Shown here: positions 1 to 18,192 of the stretch, piece by piece
Position numbering within the stretch: position 1 is the first letter of the stretch
How the letters are laid out: each line of letters begins with the position of its first letter
Made by a program: the position numbers and the translations under genes
The notes under the pieces: model-generated
Told to the model about the DNA's origin: nothing
The model's database searches: none
Seen by the model: only the letters and a program-made list of their open reading frames with translations
Source: a phage
Length of the DNA stretch: 64,000 bases
Direction: 5' to 3' (one strand)
NCBI GenBank assembly: GCA_014685065.1
Contig: GCA_014685065.1_3930.1

Positions 1-516
1 AATGGTGAGTTTGGTACTCCAACTGGTATGCCGTGGCCTCGACATAAACAGGACATGCAAGAGTTTAAGAGACTCACTAAAAATAACTTAGTAGTGATGG
101 GTAATGAGACTTTTAAGACTCTGGGTAGTAAACCTCTACCAGAACGTGCAAACCTAATCTTAACAAATTCTGTACCATACTTAGGCATAGACTTTGGCAA
201 AGATGATGTAATGTATGCTAAAGCCAGTAAAGAGTCATTTGGAGCATTTTTGAAGTATCTTGATAGCTCTATTGATGAAGATGTCTTTGTAATTGGTGGT
301 GCAGGTGTCCTTGTCAATGCTTTACCGTATGCTGGTGTGGTATTCCATACAGTCTTCCATAAAGTTACTGAAGAGGCCACTGTGCATTTACCTTTTGAAA
401 ACTTCTTTGAGAAGCTGTATGATAGCCGTGTATTTGCAAAGGTACAGTCAAGGCCATCGGATGATGGTAAAGCAACCTTTGAAATTTATGTTCCACAAGT
501 AAAAGGACACTTTTGA
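1..516 (+). CDS. frd: dihydrofolate reductase (5' end outside window)
   Basis: Frame is open from nt 1 upstream of the first ATG (28); product has DHFR-like motifs (LPW..., VIGGA); sits directly upstream of thymidylate synthase as in T4-type phages. Confidence 0.7.
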   Translation, partial: NGEFGTPTGMPWPRHKQDMQEFKRLTKNNLVVMGNETFKTLGSKPLPERANLILTNSVPYLGIDFGKDDVMYAKASKESFGAFLKYLDSSIDEDVFVIGGAGVLVNALPYAGVVFHTVFHKVTEEATVHLPFENFFEKLYDSRVFAKVQSRPSDDGKATFEIYVPQVKGHF

Positions 517-517
517 T

Positions 518-1417
518 ATGTCACAAGCTGATTTGAGTTACAAAAATATCCTGAACCATGTTTTATCCGTTGGTGAACTGCGTACTACACGAACTGGAGA
601 TGTTATCTCTGCATTTGCTCCACCACAGTTTCGTTTTGATATGCGAACTGGTTTCCCACTCTTAACATCTAAACAGGTGTTTACACGGCAAGTTATTGGG
701 GAAGCTTTATGGTTCCTGAATGGTGAGAATAAACTTGGTGAACTTCGTTACCGTACTTGGGGTGAAAATGATGGGGAACGCTGGACTATCTGGTCAGATG
801 ATTTTAAACGCTGGTTAAGCTCTAATTATTCCTCTGAACAAGACTGGTTAGAGGATGCAGGTGGTAGAATCTACGGGGTTCAGTGGAGAAACTTTGAGGG
901 TCATGATGGTTGTGTTGTAGACCAGTTAGAGACCTTAGTAGCGAAGATGAAGGGTGATATCACAGACCGTTACATGCTTGTTAACGCTTGGAATGCAGCA
1001 GATATTGCAGCAAACTCAATGGCTTTAGCACCTTGTCATGTTCTGTTTCAGATTTATATCACCAACGAGGGTGAAGTTGACTTACAATGGTATCAGCGTT
1101 CTGTAGACACCTTTTTAGGACTTCCGTTTAACATTGCATCTTATGGTTTTATTCTGGAAGTTCTTTGCAAGATGACTGGATACACTCCACGGTACTTGAT
1201 AGGTGTCTTTGGAGATACTCAGATTTATCAGAACCATATGAAGCAGGTCTATGAACTGATGAACAATGAAGAGTTCCATGCACCAACTTTTGAGATTGGT
1301 ATCCCACTTAACACTTTAAGTGACCTAAAACATCTCACTGCAAGTGACTTTATCGGTGGAATTAACAACTACCAACATGCAGGAAAGATTGAAGCGCCTT
1401 TGTCAGTAGGTAAGTAA
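518..1417 (+). CDS. thyA: thymidylate synthase
   Basis: 299 aa; conserved TS motifs including active-site LAPCH and folate-binding region; ORF contiguous (no intron). Confidence 0.9.
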   Translation: MSQADLSYKNILNHVLSVGELRTTRTGDVISAFAPPQFRFDMRTGFPLLTSKQVFTRQVIGEALWFLNGENKLGELRYRTWGENDGERWTIWSDDFKRWLSSNYSSEQDWLEDAGGRIYGVQWRNFEGHDGCVVDQLETLVAKMKGDITDRYMLVNAWNAADIAANSMALAPCHVLFQIYITNEGEVDLQWYQRSVDTFLGLPFNIASYGFILEVLCKMTGYTPRYLIGVFGDTQIYQNHMKQVYELMNNEEFHAPTFEIGIPLNTLSDLKHLTASDFIGGINNYQHAGKIEAPLSVGK

Positions 1418-1419
1418 AA

Positions 1420-1460
1420 ACAAAAAAGGCTCCCGTCAAAAGGAGCCTTAAAATTTTATT
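1420..1460. terminator. bidirectional rho-independent terminator between convergent thyA and minus-strand genes
   Basis: Hairpin GGCTCC-CGTCAAAA-GGAGCC flanked by A-run upstream and T-run downstream, so a U-tract follows the stem on both strands. Confidence 0.6.
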
Positions 1461-1827
1461 TTTCAGTATTCTTTGTGTTCTTCTCAGTAATAGCTTGGAG
1501 GGCTGATACTGATTGAGCCAGATTATTCACACTGTCAGAGAATTTATCAAGAGTTTTGGTAAGTTTTGCGTTTTCACCCTTAACATTCTCTAACTGAACT
1601 TTCTGGTTCTCCATCCCTAGCTGAATCAGTCTCATGTCAGACTGTAAATCACGAATAGCTGAATAGTTACTTTTGGAATAATTATCTAGCTGCTGTAACT
1701 TTGTTGTGACAGACACTTCTTGTTTACCACTTGAAACTTGCATAGTGGTATACATCCCAATAACACTAAAAATACCAACTACAATTGCACCAATATTATT
1801 TTTAAAAGCTTCCTCTAGCCACTTCAT
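1456..1827 (-). CDS. membrane-anchored coiled-coil protein (possible lysis-timing/holin-like, uncertain)
   Basis: 123 aa; strong SD AGGGGGAGAAATAA before ATG; N-terminal TM segment then heptad-rich region; lies just after tail fibre genes. Confidence 0.5.
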   Translation of the reverse strand: MKWLEEAFKNNIGAIVVGIFSVIGMYTTMQVSSGKQEVSVTTKLQQLDNYSKSNYSAIRDLQSDMRLIQLGMENQKVQLENVKGENAKLTKTLDKFSDSVNNLAQSVSALQAITEKNTKNTEK

Positions 1828-2022
1828 TTATTTCTCCCCCTTAAAAGCTTTTTCTAAGTTATCTACGAACTCATCATCAATAGGTGTGTCTGTTTTACTC
1901 GCAAGGTATCTTGCAAGCTTAAAGAACACTTTCTCAATCATGTATTCACTTAGAAGGGATAAAATGAGTTTCCAGAAGAAGCTACCTAGATTTTTTAGAA
2001 GAATTGCTAGGATTGTAGGCAT
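1828..2022 (-). CDS. small membrane protein
   Basis: 64 aa; SD GAGGTGA before ATG; one hydrophobic helix and charged C-terminus. Confidence 0.45.
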   Translation of the reverse strand: MPTILAILLKNLGSFFWKLILSLLSEYMIEKVFFKLARYLASKTDTPIDDEFVDNLEKAFKGEK

Positions 2023-2101
2023 TTAATCACCTCATCAGCCAAGATGGTGAGAATACCCATAAAGAATATTAACACCATCTTAACAATCAGTCAACAAGGG
2101 A

Positions 2102-4486
2102 TTAAGCAGTTCTTACCCAAGCCATTAACTTGTAGAACTGGTTAGTAACACTAAATGCTGACCCAGAACCTGTACCACCAGTGTTACCACTGACTGTGTG
2201 GCTGTGAGCACCAATACCTACAGAGTGGGAATGGTCGCCAGCACCGCTTGTAGTACCAGACCATGTATGTGTATGGTTACCAGTTGTGTTAGTGTTAGGG
2301 AATTTATTGTCCCTTCTGTCAAGCCAGTCAAGTGTTCTAGGGAGACTGTTACCAACTGTTGTATAACCGTACAAAGCATCACCACCATTAACTAATAACA
2401 AACCTAAGTGGTGAGCGTGGTTACCAGCAGCACTTGTTGTACCACTTACAGAGTGAGCATGACCACCAGTACTGTTAGTTCCCTTCGTACCATAATCAAA
2501 AGATGAAGTGGTAGCAGAGAAACTATGGGTGTGTGATGGTAAGTTACCAACAGCTAACGTCACAGAATCTGAACCACCTGTTGTAGCAACATCTGAACCG
2601 TTTGCTGCTGCAATTCTGATAGTTCTACCAACACCATTGTTCAGGTACGTCCAAGTTAACCCAGGAAGTGCTGTATTAGGGTCAACATTGCTGTTAAACC
2701 ATGTCACAATACCTACTGGATAGATTTTATTAAGGTCTGTAGAGTCACTAATTGCTTCTGCAATCTTCTGGTCAGTCTCTGCTTTAGTATATGCACCAAG
2801 CTCATCAGGGGTTGGTTTCTGAGCTTCGTTGTAAACCTTAGACCATCCAGCCTCAAAACCAAGTCTGTCTCTGGCTGTTCTGTACCACATCCCACCATTT
2901 TTGTAATCAAACATTAATTGTGCAGCAGGTGTTGATGACAATGAATTAACGAACATGTGCGAAACTAAACGGCTTGCCCCACCACCTTTGATTGTCTCAA
3001 TATAGATTCCTGAAGGTTGATTCCAAGCTACGCCACCATCTTCTTCTCTTACTGTGCCTCTGGCTGCTGACCAGATATACTTCGCATCTGTTGCAGATTG
3101 AACGTAGTATCTAGCATCTAAGTTAGAGAAATCAGATGGTTGAACTTGACCAGTGATAGCAAGACTCTTGTTAGCCACAATTACTGATGGTTCAAGGGCA
3201 ATTTGAGTGCCAGAGTAGCTGTTGTTCCAAGTAACCACGTTGGAATTGTTTCCTCCTACACCAATCCACCATCTAGAGGTGTTTGCGGTGTCAACACCAC
3301 GGATATACAAAGGTTGATTTTGTGTTAAATTCTTTACAATCAACCCTTCATTGTTAGCAACAATAGTTTGTGTATTCGTGAAAGTATTAGACACATTAAG
3401 TTTAGGGAGATTACTCAAAGTTCCTGCTGGGATATATCTAGAATCTATATTAGTCCAATCAGACGGTTGAACTTGACCAGTGATTTGGACTGTTCTGCTC
3501 ATGGCAATGGTGTTACCTAGTGAGATTTGTGTGTTTGCTAAGTAGTTATAGATGTTTACAGTGTTTTCATCGGTATCATTACCAATATACCACTTACGAG
3601 TTCCATCTGATTTTTTTGCTTGGATATACAAAGCAGCAGTTGTATCTACATTTTGCAGAGTGATAGCATTAGCATTCTTCTTAACAACAAAGTTAGTGAA
3701 AATATTAGAGCCACTAAAAGTATTATCACCAGCCAACTGTGCAAATTTCTGATTAGCCACTGTCTGAGTAAAATATCTAGCATCTAAGTTAGAGAAATCC
3801 GAAGGTTGAACTTGACCCATAACTCTCAGTGTCTTATTAAACGATGCTGTTGCATCAAGTGTCAACATTGAGCCAGTGGCGTGATTGTACAAATAAACAT
3901 TAGTATTGTTTGCATTTCCTTGCCCAACATACCAAGTTTGCTGGTTATTAGCATCCCTACCTTGAATATATGAAGCACCTGCATTGGTTGCTTTCTTAAG
4001 GGTTAACTGCTCACCATCAGTTACAATTGCTTGCCTAATGCTGAAGTTATTTGTAACAGCAAGCCTTGCATATCTTGCATCATTCTCTTCATTAGTTCTC
4101 ATCCCAAGCTCATTAGGACTTGGCTTATTCAGAGTGTGGTAAACAGTTGCTGACCTTGAAGCATCTGCAATAGTTAGTTTAAGACCGTTTGCGTTAATTT
4201 TAAAAGTCTTTAAAACATCCCCGATAGTAATCTCAGAAGAACCTGTTGGGTCAAATACTGCCTTACCGCCATAGAGTAACTTAACAATCCCTAAGTCACC
4301 TGTCATAGTACTACCAGCAATCTGAACAAATCTCTCAAGTTTAAAAGATGCTAAGAAGTCTTGATAGGTCATTCGACGGTCTTCATCACCCAGCATTTCA
4401 GGTCTCTTTTTAACTCTGACATGAAGAAGGTCATCTGAACGGATTGTGTCGATTGAGTTTAATTGACTCAATTTGTAATCTGCCAT
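2102..4486 (-). CDS. long tail fibre protein (receptor-binding) with His-x-His metal-binding-type repeats
   Basis: 794 aa; three internal ~90-aa repeats (ITGQVQPSD[WF]xN[IL]D[SA]RY); C-terminal GNHTHTWSG...[18 protein letters not shown] HxH motifs; ends ...AWVRTA like the neighbouring fibre. Confidence 0.7.
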   Translation of the reverse strand: MADYKLSQLNSIDTIRSDDLLHVRVKKRPEMLGDEDRRMTYQDFLASFKLERFVQIAGSTMTGDLGIVKLLYGGKAVFDPTGSSEITIGDVLKTFKINANGLKLTIADASRSATVYHTLNKPSPNELGMRTNEENDARYARLAVTNNFSIRQAIVTDGEQLTLKKATNAGASYIQGRDANNQQTWYVGQGNANNTNVYLYNHATGSMLTLDATASFNKTLRVMGQVQPSDFSNLDARYFTQTVANQKFAQLAGDNTFSGSNIFTNFVVKKNANAITLQNVDTTAALYIQAKKSDGTRKWYIGNDTDENTVNIYNYLANTQISLGNTIAMSRTVQITGQVQPSDWTNIDSRYIPAGTLSNLPKLNVSNTFTNTQTIVANNEGLIVKNLTQNQPLYIRGVDTANTSRWWIGVGGNNSNVVTWNNSYSGTQIALEPSVIVANKSLAITGQVQPSDFSNLDARYYVQSATDAKYIWSAARGTVREEDGGVAWNQPSGIYIETIKGGGASRLVSHMFVNSLSSTPAAQLMFDYKNGGMWYRTARDRLGFEAGWSKVYNEAQKPTPDELGAYTKAETDQKIAEAISDSTDLNKIYPVGIVTWFNSNVDPNTALPGLTWTYLNNGVGRTIRIAAANGSDVATTGGSDSVTLAVGNLPSHTHSFSATTSSFDYGTKGTNSTGGHAHSVSGTTSAAGNHAHHLGLLLVNGGDALYGYTTVGNSLPRTLDWLDRRDNKFPNTNTTGNHTHTWSGTTSGAGDHSHSVGIGAHSHTVSGNTGGTGSGSAFSVTNQFYKLMAWVRTA

Positions 4487-4499
4487 TATAAATTTTCCT

Positions 4500-4524
4500 C
4501 TTAAAAGGGGCTATAAAGCCCCTG
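4500..4524 (-). terminator. rho-independent terminator between the two tail fibre genes
   Basis: Minus-sense hairpin GGGGCT-TTAT-AGCCCC followed by UUUU, then SD AAGAGG of the next gene. Confidence 0.45.
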
Positions 4525-4532
4525 TAAAGAAA

Positions 4533-5720
4533 TTAAGCTGTTCTCTGCCATACATACAGTACGAAGGATGGCTGTTCAATGTTGAAAGCTTGTCCACCAC
4601 CAACACTGTTCGTGTTTCCACTATGCGTATGCTCAGAAGAAGAAACTGTCACAGTACCATTGTGCGTATGCGAACCAATACCAACTGTGTGACTGTGAGC
4701 ACCAATACCCACCATATGGTTGTGGTCACCAGTTGTGTTAGTGGTAACACTGAAAGAGTGGGTGTGCGCACCAGCGACTTCACAGACAACATCTGCTGAG
4801 TACCACGATTGGTCATTCCTTGAAGACCAGACCATTGCAGGTCTCTCCGACAGACCACCACCTGCTTCATAAGTCAATCTGTGGTTGTGAGCACCAGCAG
4901 CACTTGTTGACCCACTACCAACGTGATTGTGGTTACCAGTTGTGTTAGTGGTCTTTGTTCCATAGTCAAAAGAGTTGGTAGTCTTAGTTCCATAATCAAA
5001 AGCTGAGATTGAAACAGTTGCATTATGAGTATGACCACCACCACTAAGAGACACAGAGTGTGAGTGTTGAGGCATGTTATTAACTGACAAAGTGACAGTT
5101 GAAGCACCAAATACAGAACCTGCTGGCCTTGTATCAGAGTCATAACCAACCAACGCCCTACCTTTTGAAACTAACTCCCAAGTACCTCCACAAATTAAGT
5201 ATGTAGAAGGGTTTGCAGAGTTCATAGAAAGATGGATAGTACCTACTGGATAAGAAGCCTGAACAGCCTTGTACAAGTTATTTACTGCTCTTGCTGTAGC
5301 ATACTTATCTGCATCTTCATTATACAGGTTAGATGTTGTCCAGTTCTGAACATTACTTAAACCAACCTGTGCCTTAGTTGTATTGTGTGGGTTACTCTTG
5401 TCCTTGATATGTTGCTGGACAAGGTTATTAACCTCTTCTGAAGACATAATCTGTAGATTTGCTCTTGCCTCAGCTACATTAACAATATCTGATAAGTTAT
5501 TTGCAGCGACTAACTGAAGAGCATTAATAACATTATCTAAACCAATTTGTGTTTTAGTAACACCATGAGGGTTATTTTTTAGGCTTGAGTGTGGGGCAAG
5601 TAATTGCTCAAGAGTACATCTCTTATCCTCAATACCCTGCTTAAGATGGAAGATATCACTAAGGTCAATTGGTAAGGCTGCTTGAGGCAAGGCACTAATT
5701 TGAATTTCACCTACTGCCAT
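4533..5720 (-). CDS. tail fibre protein (second receptor-binding paralogue) with HxH repeats
   Basis: 395 aa; duplicated SAFDYGTKTTN unit; HSHSV, GNHNH, GAHNH, GAHTH, GDHNH, GAHSH, GSHTH motifs; C-terminus ...VWQRTA shared with the 794-aa fibre. Confidence 0.65.
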   Translation of the reverse strand: MAVGEIQISALPQAALPIDLSDIFHLKQGIEDKRCTLEQLLAPHSSLKNNPHGVTKTQIGLDNVINALQLVAANNLSDIVNVAEARANLQIMSSEEVNNLVQQHIKDKSNPHNTTKAQVGLSNVQNWTTSNLYNEDADKYATARAVNNLYKAVQASYPVGTIHLSMNSANPSTYLICGGTWELVSKGRALVGYDSDTRPAGSVFGASTVTLSVNNMPQHSHSVSLSGGGHTHNATVSISAFDYGTKTTNSFDYGTKTTNTTGNHNHVGSGSTSAAGAHNHRLTYEAGGGLSERPAMVWSSRNDQSWYSADVVCEVAGAHTHSFSVTTNTTGDHNHMVGIGAHSHTVGIGSHTHNGTVTVSSSEHTHSGNTNSVGGGQAFNIEQPSFVLYVWQRTA

Positions 5721-5722
5721 TA

Positions 5723-13738
<8,016 letters not shown>

Positions 13739-13739
<1 letters not shown>

Positions 13740-13978
13740 TACATTTTTCCTGCTCTTCTAAGTTCGTTGTAAGCAATTTCCTCTTTATACGACCTCTGAA
13801 TCTCAAGAAATTGTCTCAATGATAGTAAATCAGAGAATGTCATAGCAAAGAGTTGGTCAAGTGTTTCTTTACACCCTTCCATACCATAAATAGCAAGCAC
13901 AAATTTCATCTCGTCTGCTTCTTCATAGGTTGCCTCTACAGCAGCATCAGTTAGTGGTGTCTGTAGAGTGTTACCCAT
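13739..13978 (-). CDS. tail assembly chaperone C-terminal extension (reached by -1 frameshift from upstream ORF)
   Basis: 79-aa ORF in -1 frame relative to 13981-14379; no stop between slippery site and this ORF. Confidence 0.45.
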
Positions 13979-13980
13979 GT

Positions 13981-14379
13981 TTACTGAGAAGTTAGGCTTT
14001 TGAAAATGCTTGCTTCGAAAAAACTTCCGAAGTTTGCCTCCAGCGCAAATGCTAAGTAATCAATAAATTCACCGTAGTTTGCTTGGAAGTACGTATCAAT
14101 ATTAAGTGGGAAGTCGTCAACAGTTGCCCCTTGAAATAATAAGGTAGCCATCTCTTCAAGGTTAATTTCTTCAATTCTGTCAAAACAAGCTTCAACAAGC
14201 TCTTTAAATGGAACCATTGGAGCTTCCTTCTTACCCTTGTCAGTCAGACTTGATAGCATCTGTGCAAAGGTTGGAACAACAATTTTACCCAACTTCATAG
14301 ACATCTTAATACCATCTCTTGCCCCAAGCAGAACGATATTTACTTTCTTACCATTAATTACTCTAGATTCTGTTTTCAT
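13981..14379 (-). CDS. tail assembly chaperone
   Basis: 132 aa; between tube and tape measure genes; contains slippery heptamer near its 3' end. Confidence 0.5.
   Translation of the reverse strand: MKTESRVINGKKVNIVLLGARDGIKMSMKLGKIVVPTFAQMLSSLTDKGKKEAPMVPFKELVEACFDRIEEINLEEMATLLFQGATVDDFPLNIDTYFQANYGEFIDYLAFALEANFGSFFEASIFKSLTSQ
14017..14023 (-). other. candidate -1 programmed ribosomal frameshift site (U UUU UUC)
   Basis: Minus-sense AGT TTT TTC in frame of 13981-14379; -1 frame stays open into 13739-13978. Confidence 0.45.
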
Positions 14380-14402
14380 TGTGATTCCTTAATACTTTTA
14401 AA

Positions 14403-14441
14403 AGAAACAAAAAAGGGGAAGACCTTTTAAAGTCTCCCCCT
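14403..14441 (-). terminator. rho-independent terminator after tail tube gene
   Basis: Minus-sense hairpin GGGGGAGAC-TTTAAAAG-GTCTTCCCC followed by UUUUUUGUUUCUUU. Confidence 0.6.
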
Positions 14442-14452
14442 TATAGGATTTA

Positions 14453-14899
14453 TTAAACACTTGACGCTGGAATTGTAGAAGTGTAGTCTAGCTTCTCACA
14501 ACCAAAAATCCAAGTTTTAGAGTTCTGGTCACGACCAAGTTCAATCTGTGGTAATTCCTGCAACCAAGCATTAATACCAGTTGCCAGAACAGAGCCTGAT
14601 GGGTCGTAGATTACGAAGTTAGAAGAGATATCTTCTTCAAGTTCCATATTGTCTTGTTTAGCTTGAATTGCAGAAAGCATCTGGTTAGAGAGAGAAGTCT
14701 GCATTAACTCAATCTCAATAGTACCTGTCTTGTCTGCATTTCTTGTCAGAGCAACTTGACCACCTGCACCAACAACTGGTGTCACAAGCGGTGATGTTCT
14801 CTGTAGACGCAAGAATGAATCTGGGGCAAAGCCTTCAATGGCAATACCATTCCAGCTACATACAACGTCTTTAGGGGAATATTGCTGATACATAGCCAT
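14453..14899 (-). CDS. tail tube protein
   Basis: 148 aa; directly downstream of sheath gene, followed by strong terminator. Confidence 0.5.
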   Translation of the reverse strand: MAMYQQYSPKDVVCSWNGIAIEGFAPDSFLRLQRTSPLVTPVVGAGGQVALTRNADKTGTIEIELMQTSLSNQMLSAIQAKQDNMELEEDISSNFVIYDPSGSVLATGINAWLQELPQIELGRDQNSKTWIFGCEKLDYTSTIPASSV

Positions 14900-14914
14900 T
14901 CCAATTTACCTCTA

Positions 14915-16267
14915 TTATTCGTAAGCCACTGTACCTTTCAAGTCAACATCCAAGATAGCCCCTGCTAAGATACCTGCGAAGGTAACATCTTTCAGGATAC
15001 GAGCTTTCTTGTCTGCCAAAGCAACTTGAGAGGCTTTAGGAACATTAACTGTGTAAGATGACAGGAAGTTTCTGTTGACTGCTCTTTGTAGAGAGGTTTC
15101 AATGACTTGACGAATACGGGTAATACCAGTATCATCATAAGTAATCTTACCACCCTTCTGGTTAATTAGCAAGTCTCTCAGAGAAGTTTTCAGGTCTGAT
15201 TCTAACCAGTCAACGCCACGGACGATATCAATCCATTCCCCACCAGAAGTAATCCCTCTACGAACCACTGGAACACCACCATCAAGGTCAATAAAGTTAC
15301 AGTGACGTACATCTAAAGCAGACTTCTGAATACTTGTCAGAGGTCTCTGATTAGATGGTTGTAGAGAAGCTGCTACACCAGTTAGCTGAGCATTACCCCA
15401 AGCAATTGAACCTGCATCATATGGAGCACCATAAGCAATGTATGCCATCTCTGGGTAGTCTTCTGCTGCTGCGTGATGCCACAAGCAAACTGTACGAGTG
15501 TACATACTCTTAGCAAGCTGTGCTGGAACATCATTTGCACTGGCTAATTCTGTACCTTGCAGGGCTGTTACATCGGAGTTAGCTGTAAAGAAGATTTTCT
15601 TGCGAGCCTGAATCTCAGAAGCCATTGCTAAGACAAACTGTTGAGTTCTGTCTTCTGCTGCAATGAAATACCAGTCAGTAGAGTAAGCTTCGATAGCTGC
15701 CAGAGCAGTTGATGCTGTATCGGCAGTTGTACTTGCAATATACACAGTCTGTGCTGTAGTTGTTACTTTCACAAAGTCATTATCACCAGCTTTGGTAATA
15801 ATCATTGTGGCAGAGCCATTGCTACCAGTTACGTTCACAGAAACCTTATCTTTGATTGTTGGGTCAGCTTCAATCTGTGTTTTAAACTGTTGCAACACGT
15901 TTTCAGCAGTGTCTTCAGCTTGCGCTGTATACTGATATGGTTGAGAAATTCCACCGCCAGCAGCTACAGTAATTGAGTAGTCTGTACTTTCAGCAACGGC
16001 ATTAGGAATTGATACAGTGTACTGCATAGCACGTCTACCAATATAAAGCTGAGTTACTTTAGGAGTCTGACTCCAAAGTTGTTTAGCAGCCTTATATGCA
16101 GCAGAGTTTTCATCGAAATCTTCAGCAACTTCAGTTAAGGAAGTGTAACCACGGACTCTTTCTTCAAAGTTATCTGTTGAAGCTAAGAATAGTGGCAAAC
16201 CAAAACCTTCTCTTGTAGTTCCTGCGGTGTTCAATGTAATATCTACATTAACAATTGGATTCCACAT
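14915..16267 (-). CDS. tail sheath protein
   Basis: 450 aa; sheath-like C-terminal region (GGEWIDIVRGVDWL); sheath-tube-chaperone-tape measure order. Confidence 0.6.
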   Translation of the reverse strand: MWNPIVNVDITLNTAGTTREGFGLPLFLASTDNFEERVRGYTSLTEVAEDFDENSAAYKAAKQLWSQTPKVTQLYIGRRAMQYTVSIPNAVAESTDYSITVAAGGGISQPYQYTAQAEDTAENVLQQFKTQIEADPTIKDKVSVNVTGSNGSATMIITKAGDNDFVKVTTTAQTVYIASTTADTASTALAAIEAYSTDWYFIAAEDRTQQFVLAMASEIQARKKIFFTANSDVTALQGTELASANDVPAQLAKSMYTRTVCLWHHAAAEDYPEMAYIAYGAPYDAGSIAWGNAQLTGVAASLQPSNQRPLTSIQKSALDVRHCNFIDLDGGVPVVRRGITSGGEWIDIVRGVDWLESDLKTSLRDLLINQKGGKITYDDTGITRIRQVIETSLQRAVNRNFLSSYTVNVPKASQVALADKKARILKDVTFAGILAGAILDVDLKGTVAYE

Positions 16268-16867
16268 TTATTTTACCCCTTTGGAGTCTACATCTAGATG
16301 GATAGTATATTCTGGTGGCTCTTGTCCTTCTTCATAAACCAACTCACCATCAACAATGACACGCTCAATAATACTTCCACGTTCATCTTTCAGGACTGAA
16401 TTTTTTACAAGAGTTACAACAAGAGGCGCAGAATTTTCGAAATCTGTATTGAGATAAGTGTAGTCATTTGGGATGGCTCCAGTGTCTAGTACTGTAGCTC
16501 CTGTCTCTTCAAGAATTAAATCCCTGACTGAACTCATCTCTAATCGTTGTTTAAGCTCAAGCATAATACTGTGAGCACCTTTACCATTCACCGTAATTAA
16601 TACTGGAATCTGAAAAGCAATTCTGTAGCAAACTACATCATCCTCGACAAACTTATCAAGAACCCAACCATAAGGTGTTGCAGCATCTTGACAATATACG
16701 GTAATAAATGGCTGGTCAGGTTTTAAACCTTTGTCATTTGAGTTATCAGAAGGGTAAGCTCTAATTACATTCGGTCTATTATTTTTATCACGAGCTAGTC
16801 TGTGACCAATAACATCCACTAAGGTTCTAACTAGACCTTTTTCAAGTTCTGCTGTTTCTAACTGCAT
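16268..16867 (-). CDS. neck / tail completion protein (positional)
   Basis: 199 aa ORF between capsid and sheath genes. Confidence 0.4.
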   Translation of the reverse strand: MQLETAELEKGLVRTLVDVIGHRLARDKNNRPNVIRAYPSDNSNDKGLKPDQPFITVYCQDAATPYGWVLDKFVEDDVVCYRIAFQIPVLITVNGKGAHSIMLELKQRLEMSSVRDLILEETGATVLDTGAIPNDYTYLNTDFENSAPLVVTLVKNSVLKDERGSIIERVIVDGELVYEEGQEPPEYTIHLDVDSKGVK

Positions 16868-17243
16868 TCATTTTATCCCTTCTAATAATGATATATTCAT
16901 AATGGGACGTATGGGCTAATTGCTGTGACCAATCCATAGTCATAAATACTTCATACTCATGACCATCAATCATAACAATATCAGACTCATTCCACTCTAC
17001 ATCATCTGAAGTTCTAAGTTTATATGTGGTATACAGGATTCTTGTATCGGTAAGCCTAATACCTTCCGGTAAAGCAATCTGTGTACCATTCTTTACAGAA
17101 CCTTTGATATATGGCTGGATATTACCTTTACAGTTAACCTCTACAATATCTTGTGAAGCTACCCAATCACCATCATCATTGTAATAACCGTCTTCAGAGA
17201 CTTTACGCTTTACTACAAAGCTGTGTCTGTTTAAGAGTCTCAT
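16842..17243 (-). CDS. neck / tail completion protein (positional)
   Basis: 133 aa ORF overlapping neighbours. Confidence 0.4.
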   Translation of the reverse strand: MRLLNRHSFVVKRKVSEDGYYNDDGDWVASQDIVEVNCKGNIQPYIKGSVKNGTQIALPEGIRLTDTRILYTTYKLRTSDDVEWNESDIVMIDGHEYEVFMTMDWSQQLAHTSHYEYIIIRRDKMNAVRNSRT

Positions 17244-17722
17244 TTCTTAATACCCTTCTTAGTAGAAATTTTATAAGCAAGGTTATCTCTTAAGTCACCT
17301 GTCTCAACAAGAGGTGCGTTAAAGCCTTTTTTCTTGACTGTGGAAGGTGCGTTAGGAGGGAGGATAGCAGAATTACCAAAACCCCTTTTAATTGCCTTTT
17401 GAGTATTCTTTGCAAATGCTTCTAAGGTATTTGAAGGGTCTGTATTGAGACTGCTAAGTTGCTTATATAGATTCTTCTTAGTCTGCTCTAACAAGGTCTG
17501 TTTGTTTAGCATCATAGTGATTTCAAACAACCTACGATATACTTTACCAGAAGCTGAAGGAACCCCAATAACTTCTTGTAAATACATTAAAGCAGGATAA
17601 GAAAAACCAGAGCTATGTTGACCTTGTTCTTGAAAATACCCAACTTGAGCATTAGCCGTTTGCAAGTTCTTCATAGCCCCGACTAATTTTGCTCTCGCGG
17701 GGTGAATAACCCTTTTAACCAT
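17240..17722 (-). CDS. head-tail connector protein (positional)
   Basis: 160 aa ORF; ATGA start/stop overlap. Confidence 0.4.
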   Translation of the reverse strand: MVKRVIHPARAKLVGAMKNLQTANAQVGYFQEQGQHSSGFSYPALMYLQEVIGVPSASGKVYRRLFEITMMLNKQTLLEQTKKNLYKQLSSLNTDPSNTLEAFAKNTQKAIKRGFGNSAILPPNAPSTVKKKGFNAPLVETGDLRDNLAYKISTKKGIKK

Positions 17723-18171
17723 TATTCATCTCGCTCGATAATAAATACGCCATTAACACGGTTGCAGTAATCTCTGCCTTCGTATCTGGCAGCATCACCA
17801 TATTCTGTGTATTTCTTGACAGAGCAAGGATTTTGACGACGCATGTCAATATCACACTGATTAATACCACCTGCATAGGGTAGTCCTGAAACAGAGCTTT
17901 TAACAAGGTCGTCATAAACAGCTTTCAGAGATTTGAATCTGGAAGAGTTACGTAAATAAACACCACCAACCTTCTCATCTCCCATCTTGGCTACTTGAAA
18001 GAGTAAATATTTAAGAGCTTTGATGGCTGCTTTCTTTTCATCCTTTCCAGATTCTAGATAGAACCACTCTAGCACAGACTGTTCAATAAGAATTTCATCA
18101 TTATTGGTGTCTGTGCAGAGGATTCTTACTCTATCAAGAGGGTTATTGGCTGGGTCGCCTGTATAACACAT
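17722..18171 (-). CDS. head completion protein (positional)
   Basis: 149 aa ORF just downstream of major capsid gene. Confidence 0.4.
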   Translation of the reverse strand: MCYTGDPANNPLDRVRILCTDTNNDEILIEQSVLEWFYLESGKDEKKAAIKALKYLLFQVAKMGDEKVGGVYLRNSSRFKSLKAVYDDLVKSSVSGLPYAGGINQCDIDMRRQNPCSVKKYTEYGDAARYEGRDYCNRVNGVFIIERDE

Positions 18172-18192
18172 TAATAACCCTCCTTAAGAATA

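Noticed and set aside
518-1417. Group I intron in thymidylate synthase (as in T4 td)
   Set aside because: The TS reading frame is continuous for 299 aa with all conserved motifs; no interruption visible.
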